Virus record (IMG/VR): IMGVR_UViG_3300036770_006434
Coordinates: 32,001 to 96,000 of that record
Reading direction: 5' to 3' (one strand)
Origin: a virus
Length of the DNA: 64,000 bases
A program made the position numbers and the translations under genes. This document shows, in pieces, positions 51,622 through 61,607 of the stretch. How positions within the stretch are numbered: position 1 is the stretch's first letter; every line of letters begins with the position of its first letter. The notes under the pieces were generated by a model. It was not told the DNA's origin, did not search any database, and saw only the letters and a program-made list of their open reading frames with translations.

Positions 51622-53910
51622 TTAGATTGCACAGGCACCGGATTCACAAGATTGACCGCGATCAACAGTCTCTGGAATTTTGTGCTTCGTTTCTGACGCC
51701 GTCTGGCGGTCCCCGTCATCCGTGTTAGCGTAATAGAGGGATTTGAGACCATATTTGTAGGAAAGAAGGATGGTATGGATGATCTCGGAAAGCGGCGTCT
51801 TATTGTCCTTGTGCTTGCTTGGAACGTGATAGGTGTTGGTGGAAATAGCCATATCCGTGAACTTTTGCGCAGCAGCCGAAACCTTTAGCACCCCCTCGTT
51901 TGAGGGCATGTCAAAGGCCATGGTATAATTCTCCTTCCATTTCTCAATGCCCGGCACGACCACCGGGATACTGCCACCCTTAGAGGTCTTGATGGAAATC
52001 AACTGGCGAACGGGCTCAATACCATTGGTGGAAGACTGAACGACACTGCTGGACTCGGCTGGCATGATTGCGGTAAGAGTGGAGTTTCGGATGCCGGTTG
52101 CAAGCAATTTTTTGCGAAGCGCTTCCCAGTCACAGTGGAGGGGCTCTGTGACGAATTCGTCAATATTCTTGCAATACGTGTCGATAGGCAGGATTCCTTG
52201 AGTGAACTTGCTATCAGCCGCTTTTTCGCAGGGTCCAAACTCCTTGGACAGTTCAGCGGAGGCGTCAATCAGGTAGTAGCTGGTCTTTTCCATCCAGCGG
52301 GCCACAATATTGGGCGCTTCGGGGTCATAGTATTTCACGCCCTCTTTCGCAAGTAGCGCAGCCACATTGGTAATTCCCACCCCGAGGCTTCGGCGCTTCT
52401 TGGCAAAATTCTCCATCGCCGGCAGTTTGTATACCTGATGGTCGATAAGAGAATCCAACATGCGAACGATAACGTCACAGACCGACTTCATATCGTTATC
52501 ATCCCGGATTTCCAGCCAGTTCACAGCGGCCAAGACACAGACGCCAATTTCTCCATTGGGGTCTTTTAGGTCTTCAATAGGCTTCAATGGGTGGGAGACC
52601 TCCAGACAGAGGTTCAGGGTATCAACATGCAGGTTCCATGATCCATGGTCATTTACGTGATCTACTGCCATAGTGTAGATACGCGTCGTTTCGCTTCTCT
52701 GTTTGGCGAGAAGGTTCATCAGGTCACGGGCTGGCACCTTCTTCTTGAATTTGATCGTCTTGTTCTTTTCCGCCTTCTCGTAAACATCTTTGAAGCTCGG
52801 CAGGCCGAAGTTATCCCACACCTCTGGAACCTCATGATAGGAAAATAGCGTGACATCCTGATTGTTCAGGAATCGCTCCAAAAACAGTCGGTCAATGCCG
52901 ATGACGTAGTCCAGTTTGCGAACTCGGTTATCGTCCGTTCCCGAATTGTCTTTGAGCACCAAAACCTCTTGAATGTCGTGGTGGAACCAAGCGATATTGA
53001 CCGTGCCGCCGCCGCCGCGAATCCCGTTTTGCTGACAGGACTTTACCGTGGACTCATACATCTTGAGATAGGGGACCACGCCGGTATGGGTCAGCGTGCC
53101 GTTTTTGACCGGGGCATTGATAGCGCGTATGCGTGAAACGTTAAGGCCGATACCGTAGCGGTCGGCGGTGGCGAATCCAATGGCAGAATTGTTGGCAAAA
53201 ATGGATGGTAGCGTATCGTCAATGGCAAAAAGAGCGCAAGAAGCGTAGCTCTTCAGGTTTGATCGGACGCCCGCCATAATCGGGGTGGGCAGGTTGATCT
53301 TGTGTTTGCTGAAGTAGTTGTAAGCCTTTTTGACGTATTCCATGCGGTTGTCACCGTAGTCTTGGAAAAAGACCATGGCGACAAGGATATACATGAACTG
53401 TGGAGTTTCGTAAATCTTTCCAGTAGAACGGTTTTGGAGGAGATACTTGTCGCACAGCTGCCGGATTCCGGCGTAGGCGAAGTTCAGGTCGCGCTCGTGC
53501 TTGATGTATTCGTTAATCTTCCCGATTTCCCGCTCGGAATACTTCTCAAGAATTTGGGCGTCATAAACCCCGTGCTTGATGTTATCCTTGATGACGTGAA
53601 GCAGCGTAGGCGCGTCCTTGCCGCCCCAAACCTCTTTTCGGAGATGGTAATTGACCAGTCGGCCTGCGACAAACTGATAATTCGGCTTTTCCTCGGAAAT
53701 CAGTCCGGCGGCAGCCTCGATCAACAGCGTGTGGACCGATTTGGACTCGATCCCATCGAAAAACGTAAGATGAGCATTCATAGCCACTTCCTCAAAGGAA
53801 ACGTCCTTGATTCCGTCAACGGCCCATTCAAGGACCTTGTTGATTTTTTCAGCCGAAAACTTCTCCAGTTTTCCGCTCCGTTTTTTGACCAGAATGTCTT
53901 TTTTGCTCAT
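51622..53910 (-). CDS. nrdA: class Ia ribonucleotide reductase alpha subunit with ATP cone
   Basis: VKKRSG..E.F cone, TPQ, PTP, SC, NLC.E, GVCVL, MPAESSS, KSLYY, C-terminal CESGAC. Confidence 0.97.
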   Translation of the reverse strand: MSKKDILVKKRSGKLEKFSAEKINKVLEWAVDGIKDVSFEEVAMNAHLTFFDGIESKSVHTLLIEAAAGLISEEKPNYQFVAGRLVNYHLRKEVWGGKDAPTLLHVIKDNIKHGVYDAQILEKYSEREIGKINEYIKHERDLNFAYAGIRQLCDKYLLQNRSTGKIYETPQFMYILVAMVFFQDYGDNRMEYVKKAYNYFSKHKINLPTPIMAGVRSNLKSYASCALFAIDDTLPSIFANNSAIGFATADRYGIGLNVSRIRAINAPVKNGTLTHTGVVPYLKMYESTVKSCQQNGIRGGGGTVNIAWFHHDIQEVLVLKDNSGTDDNRVRKLDYVIGIDRLFLERFLNNQDVTLFSYHEVPEVWDNFGLPSFKDVYEKAEKNKTIKFKKKVPARDLMNLLAKQRSETTRIYTMAVDHVNDHGSWNLHVDTLNLCLEVSHPLKPIEDLKDPNGEIGVCVLAAVNWLEIRDDNDMKSVCDVIVRMLDSLIDHQVYKLPAMENFAKKRRSLGVGITNVAALLAKEGVKYYDPEAPNIVARWMEKTSYYLIDASAELSKEFGPCEKAADSKFTQGILPIDTYCKNIDEFVTEPLHCDWEALRKKLLATGIRNSTLTAIMPAESSSVVQSSTNGIEPVRQLISIKTSKGGSIPVVVPGIEKWKENYTMAFDMPSNEGVLKVSAAAQKFTDMAISTNTYHVPSKHKDNKTPLSEIIHTILLSYKYGLKSLYYANTDDGDRQTASETKHKIPETVDRGQSCESGACAI

Positions 53911-54040
53911 GAAAATAATAGTTTAATTTGACCCCAGCATTCAGGGGCGAAGGAATGTTACACAGACCCCACCGGGACTCCACGAAACATTGAAAACTCT
54001 AATCCTTTTTCCGGTAAAGTCCAGAAAAAAGTGTAGTCCG

Positions 54041-54826
54041 TTACTCGGAAATCCGCCTGACCTCCGGCAAAGGGAGCCCGCGCTTTTGGTAGTAATCCTC
54101 GTTGAAGGAAAGCCCACCCTTGGACTCGTCCCAGACAAAGGAGGAGTGGCCCCAGCGGCGGTTTTGGTATAAAATCTTGAGGCGACTCCTCTCGTTGTTG
54201 AGCCAAGTAAAATGAAGAGGCGCAGCCACTGACTGGGGGATGGTAACGGACGGGAAATCCAAGTCCCTCTTGATGTCTCGGGTAATAGTCCCGTGATAGG
54301 CGACGTTATTGTCATCCCAGAAGGAGCGGGCTTCGTATTTGTGGCCTGCCGGCCGCAGGCGGTGAATGCGTGGCGGGGTAAACGGGTCGGCCAAACATTG
54401 CGAGCGGGTGAATACGAGATTCCTATAAGATATGCGGAACCAAGGAATTTGAGGCCGTTTTTCCACGAAGTCTAGGATTCTGGCGATCTCCTCTGGCGAA
54501 AAGACCTCGTCTCCATCTACCTGCATGACGATATCACAACCGGCGTCTGACAAATAGGTAAGGGCCGCGCCACGGGCGGCGACTTCTGTGACGGGCTCTT
54601 TCCCTGTTATTAGATGGTCTAATAGACCAGAATCCCTGATGGCCGCCAGTCTTTCCGTGGTTCCGTCCTCGGGTGGTAGGTCAAACCCTATGAATGACAG
54701 AGAAACGGCACAAATCACGATAGAATGGCCGTTAACCCCTGTTTTTCTGGCTTCAAGCCATGGCGAAAGGGAAGCGGCCAAATACTCGGCTGTCCGATAA
54801 GAGGTGTAGATCAACCCCAGCTTCAT
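54041..54826 (-). CDS. GT-A fold glycosyltransferase
   Basis: E..ARG.AL, QVDGDE (DxD), H..W. Confidence 0.7.
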   Translation of the reverse strand: MKLGLIYTSYRTAEYLAASLSPWLEARKTGVNGHSIVICAVSLSFIGFDLPPEDGTTERLAAIRDSGLLDHLITGKEPVTEVAARGAALTYLSDAGCDIVMQVDGDEVFSPEEIARILDFVEKRPQIPWFRISYRNLVFTRSQCLADPFTPPRIHRLRPAGHKYEARSFWDDNNVAYHGTITRDIKRDLDFPSVTIPQSVAAPLHFTWLNNERSRLKILYQNRRWGHSSFVWDESKGGLSFNEDYYQKRGLPLPEVRRISE

Positions 54827-55014
54827 CGCCGATTTGGGTCTGTCAGGTGAATGGCGGCACCCATGGCGCGGAGACATTCATCAAACTCCTGTTCCTCGGT
54901 TTTCTTGGCTTCCGGCTTTTTGCGCCAGTCAATCTCATCCCAGTTTCGGGAGAACTTTTCCCGGTTTACGGGGCGGGGTTTGTCGCCTTTGCCGGCAGAA
55001 TGGGGGCCACTCAT
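54823..55014 (-). CDS. small phage protein
   Basis: GKGDKPRPV.REKF..NWDEI.W. Confidence 0.65.
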   Translation of the reverse strand: MSGPHSAGKGDKPRPVNREKFSRNWDEIDWRKKPEAKKTEEQEFDECLRAMGAAIHLTDPNRR

Positions 55015-55424
55015 TGGGAAATCTTCATGTTCTCCGGAATTTTGCATCCATACTCCCCGTGGTTACCCATATATGTGAAAGCCTGCGGAATAGCTGTCTC
55101 TCCAGAGGGTGTCTTGATATAGGCGACCGAATCCACGACTTCCTCCCAGTAATGGACTTCCTCATTCAAAACGGGCCACTGTTCAAGTGCCCAAATCGGG
55201 AAAAAGTCTTTCTTGAAGTGTTGCCACCAGTTAATGGGATAACTCACGCAGCGGGCGACCTTTGTGGTGCGGATCGGTTCATTGAGACCGACCAGTTGAC
55301 CGATTGTCGGGGTGGGGTCAGATGTAATCGTAATCTTTCCGATATCTACGCTGGACATAGTGTATACGCCGGATTCCTTCTTGCTCTTGCGCGGGTTACG
55401 CGTCTTTTTCTTCTGTTTTTTCAT
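55011..55424 (-). CDS. hypothetical protein
   Basis: 137-aa ORF, ATGA overlap. Confidence 0.55.
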   Translation of the reverse strand: MKKQKKKTRNPRKSKKESGVYTMSSVDIGKITITSDPTPTIGQLVGLNEPIRTTKVARCVSYPINWWQHFKKDFFPIWALEQWPVLNEEVHYWEEVVDSVAYIKTPSGETAIPQAFTYMGNHGEYGCKIPENMKISQ

Positions 55425-55430
55425 GGCTTT

Positions 55431-55913
55431 TCAATTCTCCCTAGTCGTGTAAACCGCTATTACCTTGCCGCGATACGTTTTCTCGGTCACCCGCCAAGAC
55501 GCCTCGGTCCTCGCGTTATTGTCACCGGTCAGAATCCACCCGTAGGAGTCCTTGGAAACCAGTCGGTGACAGGTCACCGGAGAACCAACCGGGAGCCAGT
55601 CCGCGACATAGATGATGATTTGCCCCGGCTTCAGGTCTTCATACGGGAATTTTTGGCTGACCACGATACAGTCATAGTCATTGATAAATGGGCGCATGGA
55701 CCCGGTGGGTTGAACCAGATAATGCTGACCCCCGCCGCCGGGCAGGTCCCGCGCGTGGAGTCGGGCCGCCTCGCCAGCCGCCGCGACAGAGGTGTAACCG
55801 TAATATACCGGGGGATTGTCATCGGGGGGGTAACCACAGCCAGAAAGAGCGAAGGCGCAGATTCCGGCGACAACGGCGAATGTGATAAAACTGAAAAGAT
55901 GCGCGCGTTTCAT
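55431..55913 (-). CDS. S26 signal-peptidase-like lipoprotein
   Basis: lipobox ALSGC; TGSM.P, HR, GDNN. Confidence 0.75.
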   Translation of the reverse strand: MKRAHLFSFITFAVVAGICAFALSGCGYPPDDNPPVYYGYTSVAAAGEAARLHARDLPGGGGQHYLVQPTGSMRPFINDYDCIVVSQKFPYEDLKPGQIIIYVADWLPVGSPVTCHRLVSKDSYGWILTGDNNARTEASWRVTEKTYRGKVIAVYTTREN

Positions 55914-56101
55914 GTGGCTTTCTCCTTGAGCGTAACTGCATCCCAGTTGTTGAACATGGCAAGAAACTTTTTGCCCTCCGGAGTGGGGCGTGAAAACAAC
56001 AAGGTTCCATTCTTGCGCTCTTCAAGCTCGCAATCTTCGATGGTTAACTGGAATTCTTTTGTTATCACGATATAATCGTATGTTTTTGTATCGGTTTCCA
56101 T
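55910..56101 (-). CDS. hypothetical protein
   Basis: 63-aa ORF, overlapping junction. Confidence 0.5.
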   Translation of the reverse strand: METDTKTYDYIVITKEFQLTIEDCELEERKNGTLLFSRPTPEGKKFLAMFNNWDAVTLKEKAT

Positions 56102-56110
56102 AGTGTTTTA

Positions 56111-56587
56111 TCAGCGTTTTAGATTCAAGTAAGAGGGTTTTTCGTTATACAACCACTGCTCCGTCACTTCCGGCAGTTCTGCCACGGTTTCGGGCCAAAA
56201 CGAGATGATCCTTGGGAATATCGAGACAATCTCTCTGTCGTCATAGGCGTGGTGAGTCATGCCGTCTTCCGAGTAGTCCCCGCCGCGACCGCCGCCCAAC
56301 AGCTTGACCGGAATACCCTCATGGTCGATGTAGTTGCGGTGCCACTCAAACGGTCGCCCCAATAGGAACGGGGTAATGGAAAAGCAGACGGGAATCTTGC
56401 CGGCAAGAGCTAAGCCAACGCCAGCGCCGACCAGTAGCTGCTCCGATGCTCCGACATTGTGAAACCGTTCCGGGAACTCGGCGGAAATCGCGTTGAACAT
56501 GCCGTAGCCAAGGTCCCCGGTCAAAACATGGATTCGGGGGTCTTGCCGCATGTGCTGCAACAGAATGGGGTGAAATTCTCGTCTCAT
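56111..56587 (-). CDS. transketolase-like pyrimidine-binding subunit (no C-terminal domain)
   Basis: LTGDLG, FPER..NVG.SEQ...G.G.GLA, G.THHA..D. Confidence 0.9.
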   Translation of the reverse strand: MRREFHPILLQHMRQDPRIHVLTGDLGYGMFNAISAEFPERFHNVGASEQLLVGAGVGLALAGKIPVCFSITPFLLGRPFEWHRNYIDHEGIPVKLLGGGRGGDYSEDGMTHHAYDDREIVSIFPRIISFWPETVAELPEVTEQWLYNEKPSYLNLKR

Positions 56588-56588
56588 A

Positions 56589-57221
56589 TTATACGACCTC
56601 CTGATCTTGGACCCAAGCCCAGTCGGCGTCCGTCATTTTGCAGTAATGGGCGTTGAGACCGGAAAGAAAGGGGATTTCCGCGAAATCAGTGTGCCAGACA
56701 TCCACTTTGTCGTTCCAGACATGGATAGCTTTTTCCAGCTGGTCTACGTCAACTTCCCGGTAGGCACCATACCCATTGGCGTTTACAAACCAGTTGAGAT
56801 TCGGGATTTTGCCCCTAGCCGAAAACATGAGCGTCTCCCAGCAGGAGCCCTCGGCCATCCCGCCGTCCGAGGAAATCAGCCAGACTCGGCGATTGGGGTG
56901 GGCCAGCGCCAGCCCCGCCGCTACCGTTTCTACTTGCCCCAAAGACCCGGAACTGACGTATACCCCGTTAGCCTCGTCTCTGGTAGCGTGAATCCCGTGC
57001 TTGGCCAACATCATCTCAGGGTCGATCCCGAGATATTTCTCCAAAACCACGTAAAGCGCCAGTCCCGCGTGACCTGCGCCGAGACAAACGGGTTCACTGG
57101 GTTTACGAAAGGAGTAGACGTGATCCAGTATCCCGACAATGGAGATACAAGACCCGATATGGGTCAATCCGTGGCGGTATGAAAGTTCAAGGATTCTTTT
57201 CTGTGGTCGGGTCAAAGCCAT
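56589..57221 (-). CDS. transketolase-like TPP-binding N-terminal subunit
   Basis: THIGS, GHAG.A.Y, SGSLGQ, SDG...EG..WE...N.N. Confidence 0.9.
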   Translation of the reverse strand: MALTRPQKRILELSYRHGLTHIGSCISIVGILDHVYSFRKPSEPVCLGAGHAGLALYVVLEKYLGIDPEMMLAKHGIHATRDEANGVYVSSGSLGQVETVAAGLALAHPNRRVWLISSDGGMAEGSCWETLMFSARGKIPNLNWFVNANGYGAYREVDVDQLEKAIHVWNDKVDVWHTDFAEIPFLSGLNAHYCKMTDADWAWVQDQEVV

Positions 57222-58086
57222 GTTCGCGGAGGTAGTCGTTTAGAGTCCGAAGTATAGCCGACTTGGAATCCATGTCAAGGGACAAGTTGAAGTGGGAGCG
57301 GATTCGGGTGAGATCGGCGGAATAGGTGTCTACCCCGGCATTGGATGGAAACGCTGAGTTGGCCACTTCCACGATTCGGTCTGAAATCAGTAGCGCCGCC
57401 TCCCGAACAGTGATAACGTCATCGGAACCAACGTCATACGGCCTATTATCTCCGTGGATCATAACGTGGAGACACTGTGTTACCAAATCGGAGATATGGA
57501 CGAAAGACCGGCGGATTTCGTTTTGGGACACAATCAGGGGGTGCCCGGCCAGCCGCGCTCTCAAAAAGGCGGACACGGCAAACGGTTTGTTCAGCCCCAT
57601 ACCGTGGCCCACAGTCGCGAACGGGCGGACGATCTGGGTTTTGCCGCCAAGGGCCAGAAGACCGTTTTCGGTAAACTGTTTGTTGATTCCGTATGGAGTC
57701 AAAGCGTTTTGGGCTGCGCCGCTGCTGAAATGAAGCAGGGTCACGTCTTCATCCAGCTTTTTGCGCAATTCCAGAGGGCCGTCCATGTGAGGATACATCT
57801 CTACGTTGGTTTTGGGTGTAGAGCTGCCGGCACAATTTATCACATACCCCCGAATGCCCCCCATATTTTCGGGTAGATTGCAGATATCGAATCCGCTGGC
57901 ACGGGAGAGGCCGCGAATACGGATGTCGAGTCCGCCCTTTTCATTCGCGTATTCCAGTGTTTTCTTGAACCATGAGCCGTAGAAGCCGGTGTCTCCCAGA
58001 ATGGTGACGGATTTGCCGGCGAGGTGGTCTAGTGGTTCAGAAGAGCGGACAAAGGTGGAGTGTAAATATTGGTGGTTGGCAGTCAT
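57187..58086 (-). CDS. NAD-dependent epimerase/dehydratase
   Basis: LGDTGFYGS, SSGA, YG..K, R.F, RSF.HI.D. Confidence 0.88.
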   Translation of the reverse strand: MTANHQYLHSTFVRSSEPLDHLAGKSVTILGDTGFYGSWFKKTLEYANEKGGLDIRIRGLSRASGFDICNLPENMGGIRGYVINCAGSSTPKTNVEMYPHMDGPLELRKKLDEDVTLLHFSSGAAQNALTPYGINKQFTENGLLALGGKTQIVRPFATVGHGMGLNKPFAVSAFLRARLAGHPLIVSQNEIRRSFVHISDLVTQCLHVMIHGDNRPYDVGSDDVITVREAALLISDRIVEVANSAFPSNAGVDTYSADLTRIRSHFNLSLDMDSKSAILRTLNDYLREHGFDPTTEKNP

Positions 58087-58087
58087 G

Positions 58088-58930
58088 TTAATTGTCTATT
58101 TTGAAACCTGTTTCTGAAAAAAGGTGATAGTATACTCTCGGGGTTTGGTTTGATAACTCAAACATGTTTTTGGTGTAAATATAAGCTGGAAAGCAGTGGT
58201 TTTTGTAAAAACCGAAACTTGGTATGTATACGTGGCTTTGGCACCCCAAAGCGACTGCCATGTGCAATAACCCGTTTTCAACTCCAAAATGTCTTTTAGT
58301 TAACTCCATTACTGCGGCGATTTTGCCTACTGGAAATCCCTTAAGGGGCACTGTGAATGGCATTTCAACGTAGTTTCCGGCAGATGTGAAATACAAAATA
58401 TCCCGGCTTTCATGAATTTTTTCAAGAATCGGGCTCCAATATTTTGGAGGCAAAAACTTCCCACTGGCGGTGTGGTCGTTTTGATCCTGATATCCACCGG
58501 GCATCGGTGTAAAAACAATCGGGTCTCTGTATTGTTTTAGGAATTTATCGGCCCATTCCAACTCCCAAGGCGGCGATTTCGCGACGGGAATACACGGATT
58601 CAGCGGCAAACCGAAGAGACGAAGGTAGTTCCTTGTCGCGTGAAGTCCATTCCAACCCCTCGGACCGTCCGGACCTATGCCATATTTTGAAAAAGATTCG
58701 TTTTCAGAGATGGGGTTTTTTACAAAGTCTATCTCACAAACGCTGGAAAGAACAGACGAAATATCTGAGGCGCAAAACGTATCGCACGGGACTTCAAGAA
58801 TAGTTCGGCAAGAAGCAAAGGCAGGCGTGAGCAAAAATATATCGCCAACGCTAGTTCTATTTGCGTTTAGTCCAAATCTTATCGTTTTCACGGTAAAACA
58901 AGCCCAATTTCTGCTGTATTTATAAACCAA
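58088..58930 (-). CDS. GT9 (heptosyltransferase-like) glycosyltransferase
   Basis: VGD..LLTPA, G.ENG.LHMA.ALG. Confidence 0.7.
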   Translation of the reverse strand: MVYKYSRNWACFTVKTIRFGLNANRTSVGDIFLLTPAFASCRTILEVPCDTFCASDISSVLSSVCEIDFVKNPISENESFSKYGIGPDGPRGWNGLHATRNYLRLFGLPLNPCIPVAKSPPWELEWADKFLKQYRDPIVFTPMPGGYQDQNDHTASGKFLPPKYWSPILEKIHESRDILYFTSAGNYVEMPFTVPLKGFPVGKIAAVMELTKRHFGVENGLLHMAVALGCQSHVYIPSFGFYKNHCFPAYIYTKNMFELSNQTPRVYYHLFSETGFKIDN

Positions 58931-60519
58931 CGGGCATATTGGTTGTCTATCGGGTATTTTTCCAAAAACAGTTTGAGCGTTTTCAAATCACATTTGTGGA
59001 CATATCCGTTTTGGTCAGACAAATTTGATGTGTTTCCTTTGCAGAAATACTTGTATACCTGCCCCTCCCTGAAGTCTTGCTTTTGTATGTTCTTAAAATA
59101 CGGAGACATGGAATTGTCAAAAAACCTTTGGTCTATGATACTCTTTTTTATGTAGCAAACGGCCCCTTCGTGAATAGTTGAATTCCACGACTGAATTTCC
59201 TGTGTCACAAAATCTTTTCCATCAAAATCTTTTGAGACATCATATCCAACCAAAACGTCTGAGTCAAGAAAAAACAAATCCAAATCGTTAAAGTAGCACA
59301 TCCCAAGACAGTCAAGCGTGACTCTGGACGCGCCCTCCACATGTGGAAGGTGTAACAGATAGTTTTTTACGTGTATTTTGACCTTCGGATTTATGTAAGG
59401 CTCCTGTCTCTGATCCAGTATTTCGTAAGGCTCTCCGATCTTGTTCAAAACTGGAAAAATAGGAATTGAAGACCCCGAATTTACAATGTAAATATGGTGG
59501 TCTGGCCAAAACTTCCTCACATTCAAATACCAAAGGTAAAAAAACTCCTCGTATTTGCACGGGTTATTGGTCAAGTGATGGGGATTGGATTTTGAAACAT
59601 CCAATAAGGAAGCCGACGGATACCAAGATGTGCAGATGACCGGTTCTTCAAAACGCCTTTTGCGAGGCGCGGGTATTTTCGGCAAAGCGGGCTCTGACTT
59701 GATAAAAACGTCGGTCTCCTTCAAGATGTCGCCAATGTTTTTCACCCAATCCTTGTGACAATAATAGGTTACGCGAACTTTTTCTTGACCCCAACAGTTA
59801 TCGTGATACAGCAAGTTCCAGTATTTGTAACCCATTTGGTCCGAATGCTCTGGAATGAATGTAAGGCATCTTCCGCCTACTGCCAGCATCAGGTGATAAT
59901 CGCCTGTGCATCCACCGATATACTTGCCGACAACATGATAACAGGCCGCCAGTTCTCTTACGCTTAGTCCTTGTATGATTTTTGCTCCGGGAAGCGGTTG
60001 CAATATATTTTTGTAAAAAACCTCCTCTTTTGGCCCAAACTGAAGAACGTCATGTCCAAGTTCCTGTGCGTAAAAAGACAAAATTGAAATCAACCTTTCG
60101 GAAGGTCGTATGTAAGACGCAAGAATGTTTTTGGGATCGTGACAGCCACCGTTTTGATTGCAAAAAACTATTGGATTATTGAATTGGGACAAAAATTGTC
60201 TGGCCCATTGTATTTCCTCTGTTTTTAGCCGAACCTTGGGGATAGAACTGCAACCGCCAAATCCATAAGCCTCAATTATTCTTTGGGTTACATGTTTTTG
60301 AGATGATGACTGTAAATACAGGTTTTCTTCCGGTTTTTCAACAAATTTTACCTCGCATATACCATCAAAAATAGGAGCAGTCATCTCGGCTCTTTTGCAC
60401 CCTTTTCTAAGGTAAACAACCGAATTTGGAACCTTATCCAAGAGAGCGGTAAGATAAAGACAATCTCCAAGATTCGAGAACGGTTGGCCTAGAATGAGTT
60501 TTTCCGACAGTTTGTTCAT
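58888..60519 (-). CDS. two-domain glycosyltransferase: GT9-like plus GT-A-like
   Basis: LGDCL..TA, IG..TG.YH...AVG; second domain FFLDSD. Confidence 0.7.
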   Translation of the reverse strand: MNKLSEKLILGQPFSNLGDCLYLTALLDKVPNSVVYLRKGCKRAEMTAPIFDGICEVKFVEKPEENLYLQSSSQKHVTQRIIEAYGFGGCSSIPKVRLKTEEIQWARQFLSQFNNPIVFCNQNGGCHDPKNILASYIRPSERLISILSFYAQELGHDVLQFGPKEEVFYKNILQPLPGAKIIQGLSVRELAACYHVVGKYIGGCTGDYHLMLAVGGRCLTFIPEHSDQMGYKYWNLLYHDNCWGQEKVRVTYYCHKDWVKNIGDILKETDVFIKSEPALPKIPAPRKRRFEEPVICTSWYPSASLLDVSKSNPHHLTNNPCKYEEFFYLWYLNVRKFWPDHHIYIVNSGSSIPIFPVLNKIGEPYEILDQRQEPYINPKVKIHVKNYLLHLPHVEGASRVTLDCLGMCYFNDLDLFFLDSDVLVGYDVSKDFDGKDFVTQEIQSWNSTIHEGAVCYIKKSIIDQRFFDNSMSPYFKNIQKQDFREGQVYKYFCKGNTSNLSDQNGYVHKCDLKTLKLFLEKYPIDNQYARWFINTAEIGLVLP

Positions 60520-61607
60520 TATCGTTTTACCGCGCTCTGTATAAAACTGCTTTTCGCCAACACCATTCTTTGCGGCAAGTTCATTCCCGGCAAAGAAAGA
60601 ACAAGACTTCCCGGCTGCCACTGTCCCGGCGTGGAATCCGGCCAGTCATATTGCCGATAGTCATATGCGTTGATCGTTTCTTGTGGCAAAATCTTGATTT
60701 TATCGGAGAATCTGGCGTCTTTGTGATATTGGATTACCACCTGTTGCTCATGCCAGCAGTGATTGATTTTAGGAGACTCTTCCAGCAGGAATTCGAGCCA
60801 TTTCTTTGTCCATTCGCTTTTGCGCACAATGAAGCTACCCATGTTAATGTCATGGCAGTCCTTGGTGACGTAGAAATCGTGGGTATCGTCCAGATATTCC
60901 TCTATTCTTTGGGTGAAATTCGTTATAATTGACTGGATATTGAGGACCCACACGAAGTCCATATCGTTCTGCGTCTTAAACAAGTAGTCATATAGAATGT
61001 GAAGTCTTTGAATGGCATAATACAGATTTTGATCGTGGTATACCCCGCTTGCGACCAAATGCTTGTAACCATTTCGATTGCAGTATTCCTCTCGGTCCGG
61101 CACCGCGATCTTGGCGAGGTCACCGTAATTCTCCTGATGGGTGGGAAGAAAATGGGTGAGCAACGCGATATTGGGAGATGTGTCCTTAAACGTGTGTTCG
61201 GTGAAACTGGCGGGCCATTTCTGTTTGGCCCATTCCGGCAGTTTGGAGTCCTTAAAATGGTCCCACCAAGTGGAATAGGTCTTGAACGTTTTTATGACTG
61301 GCGGCGAAATACGCTTCGGCGCATTATAAACGCTAAGAGCCGGATACTGTATGATGATAGGTGACGGAGGCGGAGGGGGAAGAGGCGGGGGTTGCGGCTC
61401 TGGCGGCGGAATGGGCGCGGGGATTTCCGCGACCTTTACCTTTTCAAAAGCGGGGTCAGTTACCGCGCTCGGCGTTTCTTTGACAACGGGTTCTGGCAAC
61501 GGTTTGCGGGCTTCTTCAATGGCCGGAAGCGTTTCGATCACTGGAGTCGGTGCTGTCTTGACCGCTCGTTTCGTCGGTTTTCTGGCCTTCTTTTTTGTAG
61601 CGCTCAT
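60519..61607 (-). CDS. GT34-like glycosyltransferase with Pro-rich N-terminus
   Basis: Y...GY, IN.GSFIVR.SEW, W.EQ, .N.Y...W.PG...LPG. Confidence 0.75.
   Translation of the reverse strand: MSATKKKARKPTKRAVKTAPTPVIETLPAIEEARKPLPEPVVKETPSAVTDPAFEKVKVAEIPAPIPPPEPQPPPLPPPPPSPIIIQYPALSVYNAPKRISPPVIKTFKTYSTWWDHFKDSKLPEWAKQKWPASFTEHTFKDTSPNIALLTHFLPTHQENYGDLAKIAVPDREEYCNRNGYKHLVASGVYHDQNLYYAIQRLHILYDYLFKTQNDMDFVWVLNIQSIITNFTQRIEEYLDDTHDFYVTKDCHDINMGSFIVRKSEWTKKWLEFLLEESPKINHCWHEQQVVIQYHKDARFSDKIKILPQETINAYDYRQYDWPDSTPGQWQPGSLVLSLPGMNLPQRMVLAKSSFIQSAVKR

Noticed and set aside
54834-56075. 413-aa plus-strand ORF
   Set aside because: It spans several well-formed minus-strand genes and has no recognisable motif.
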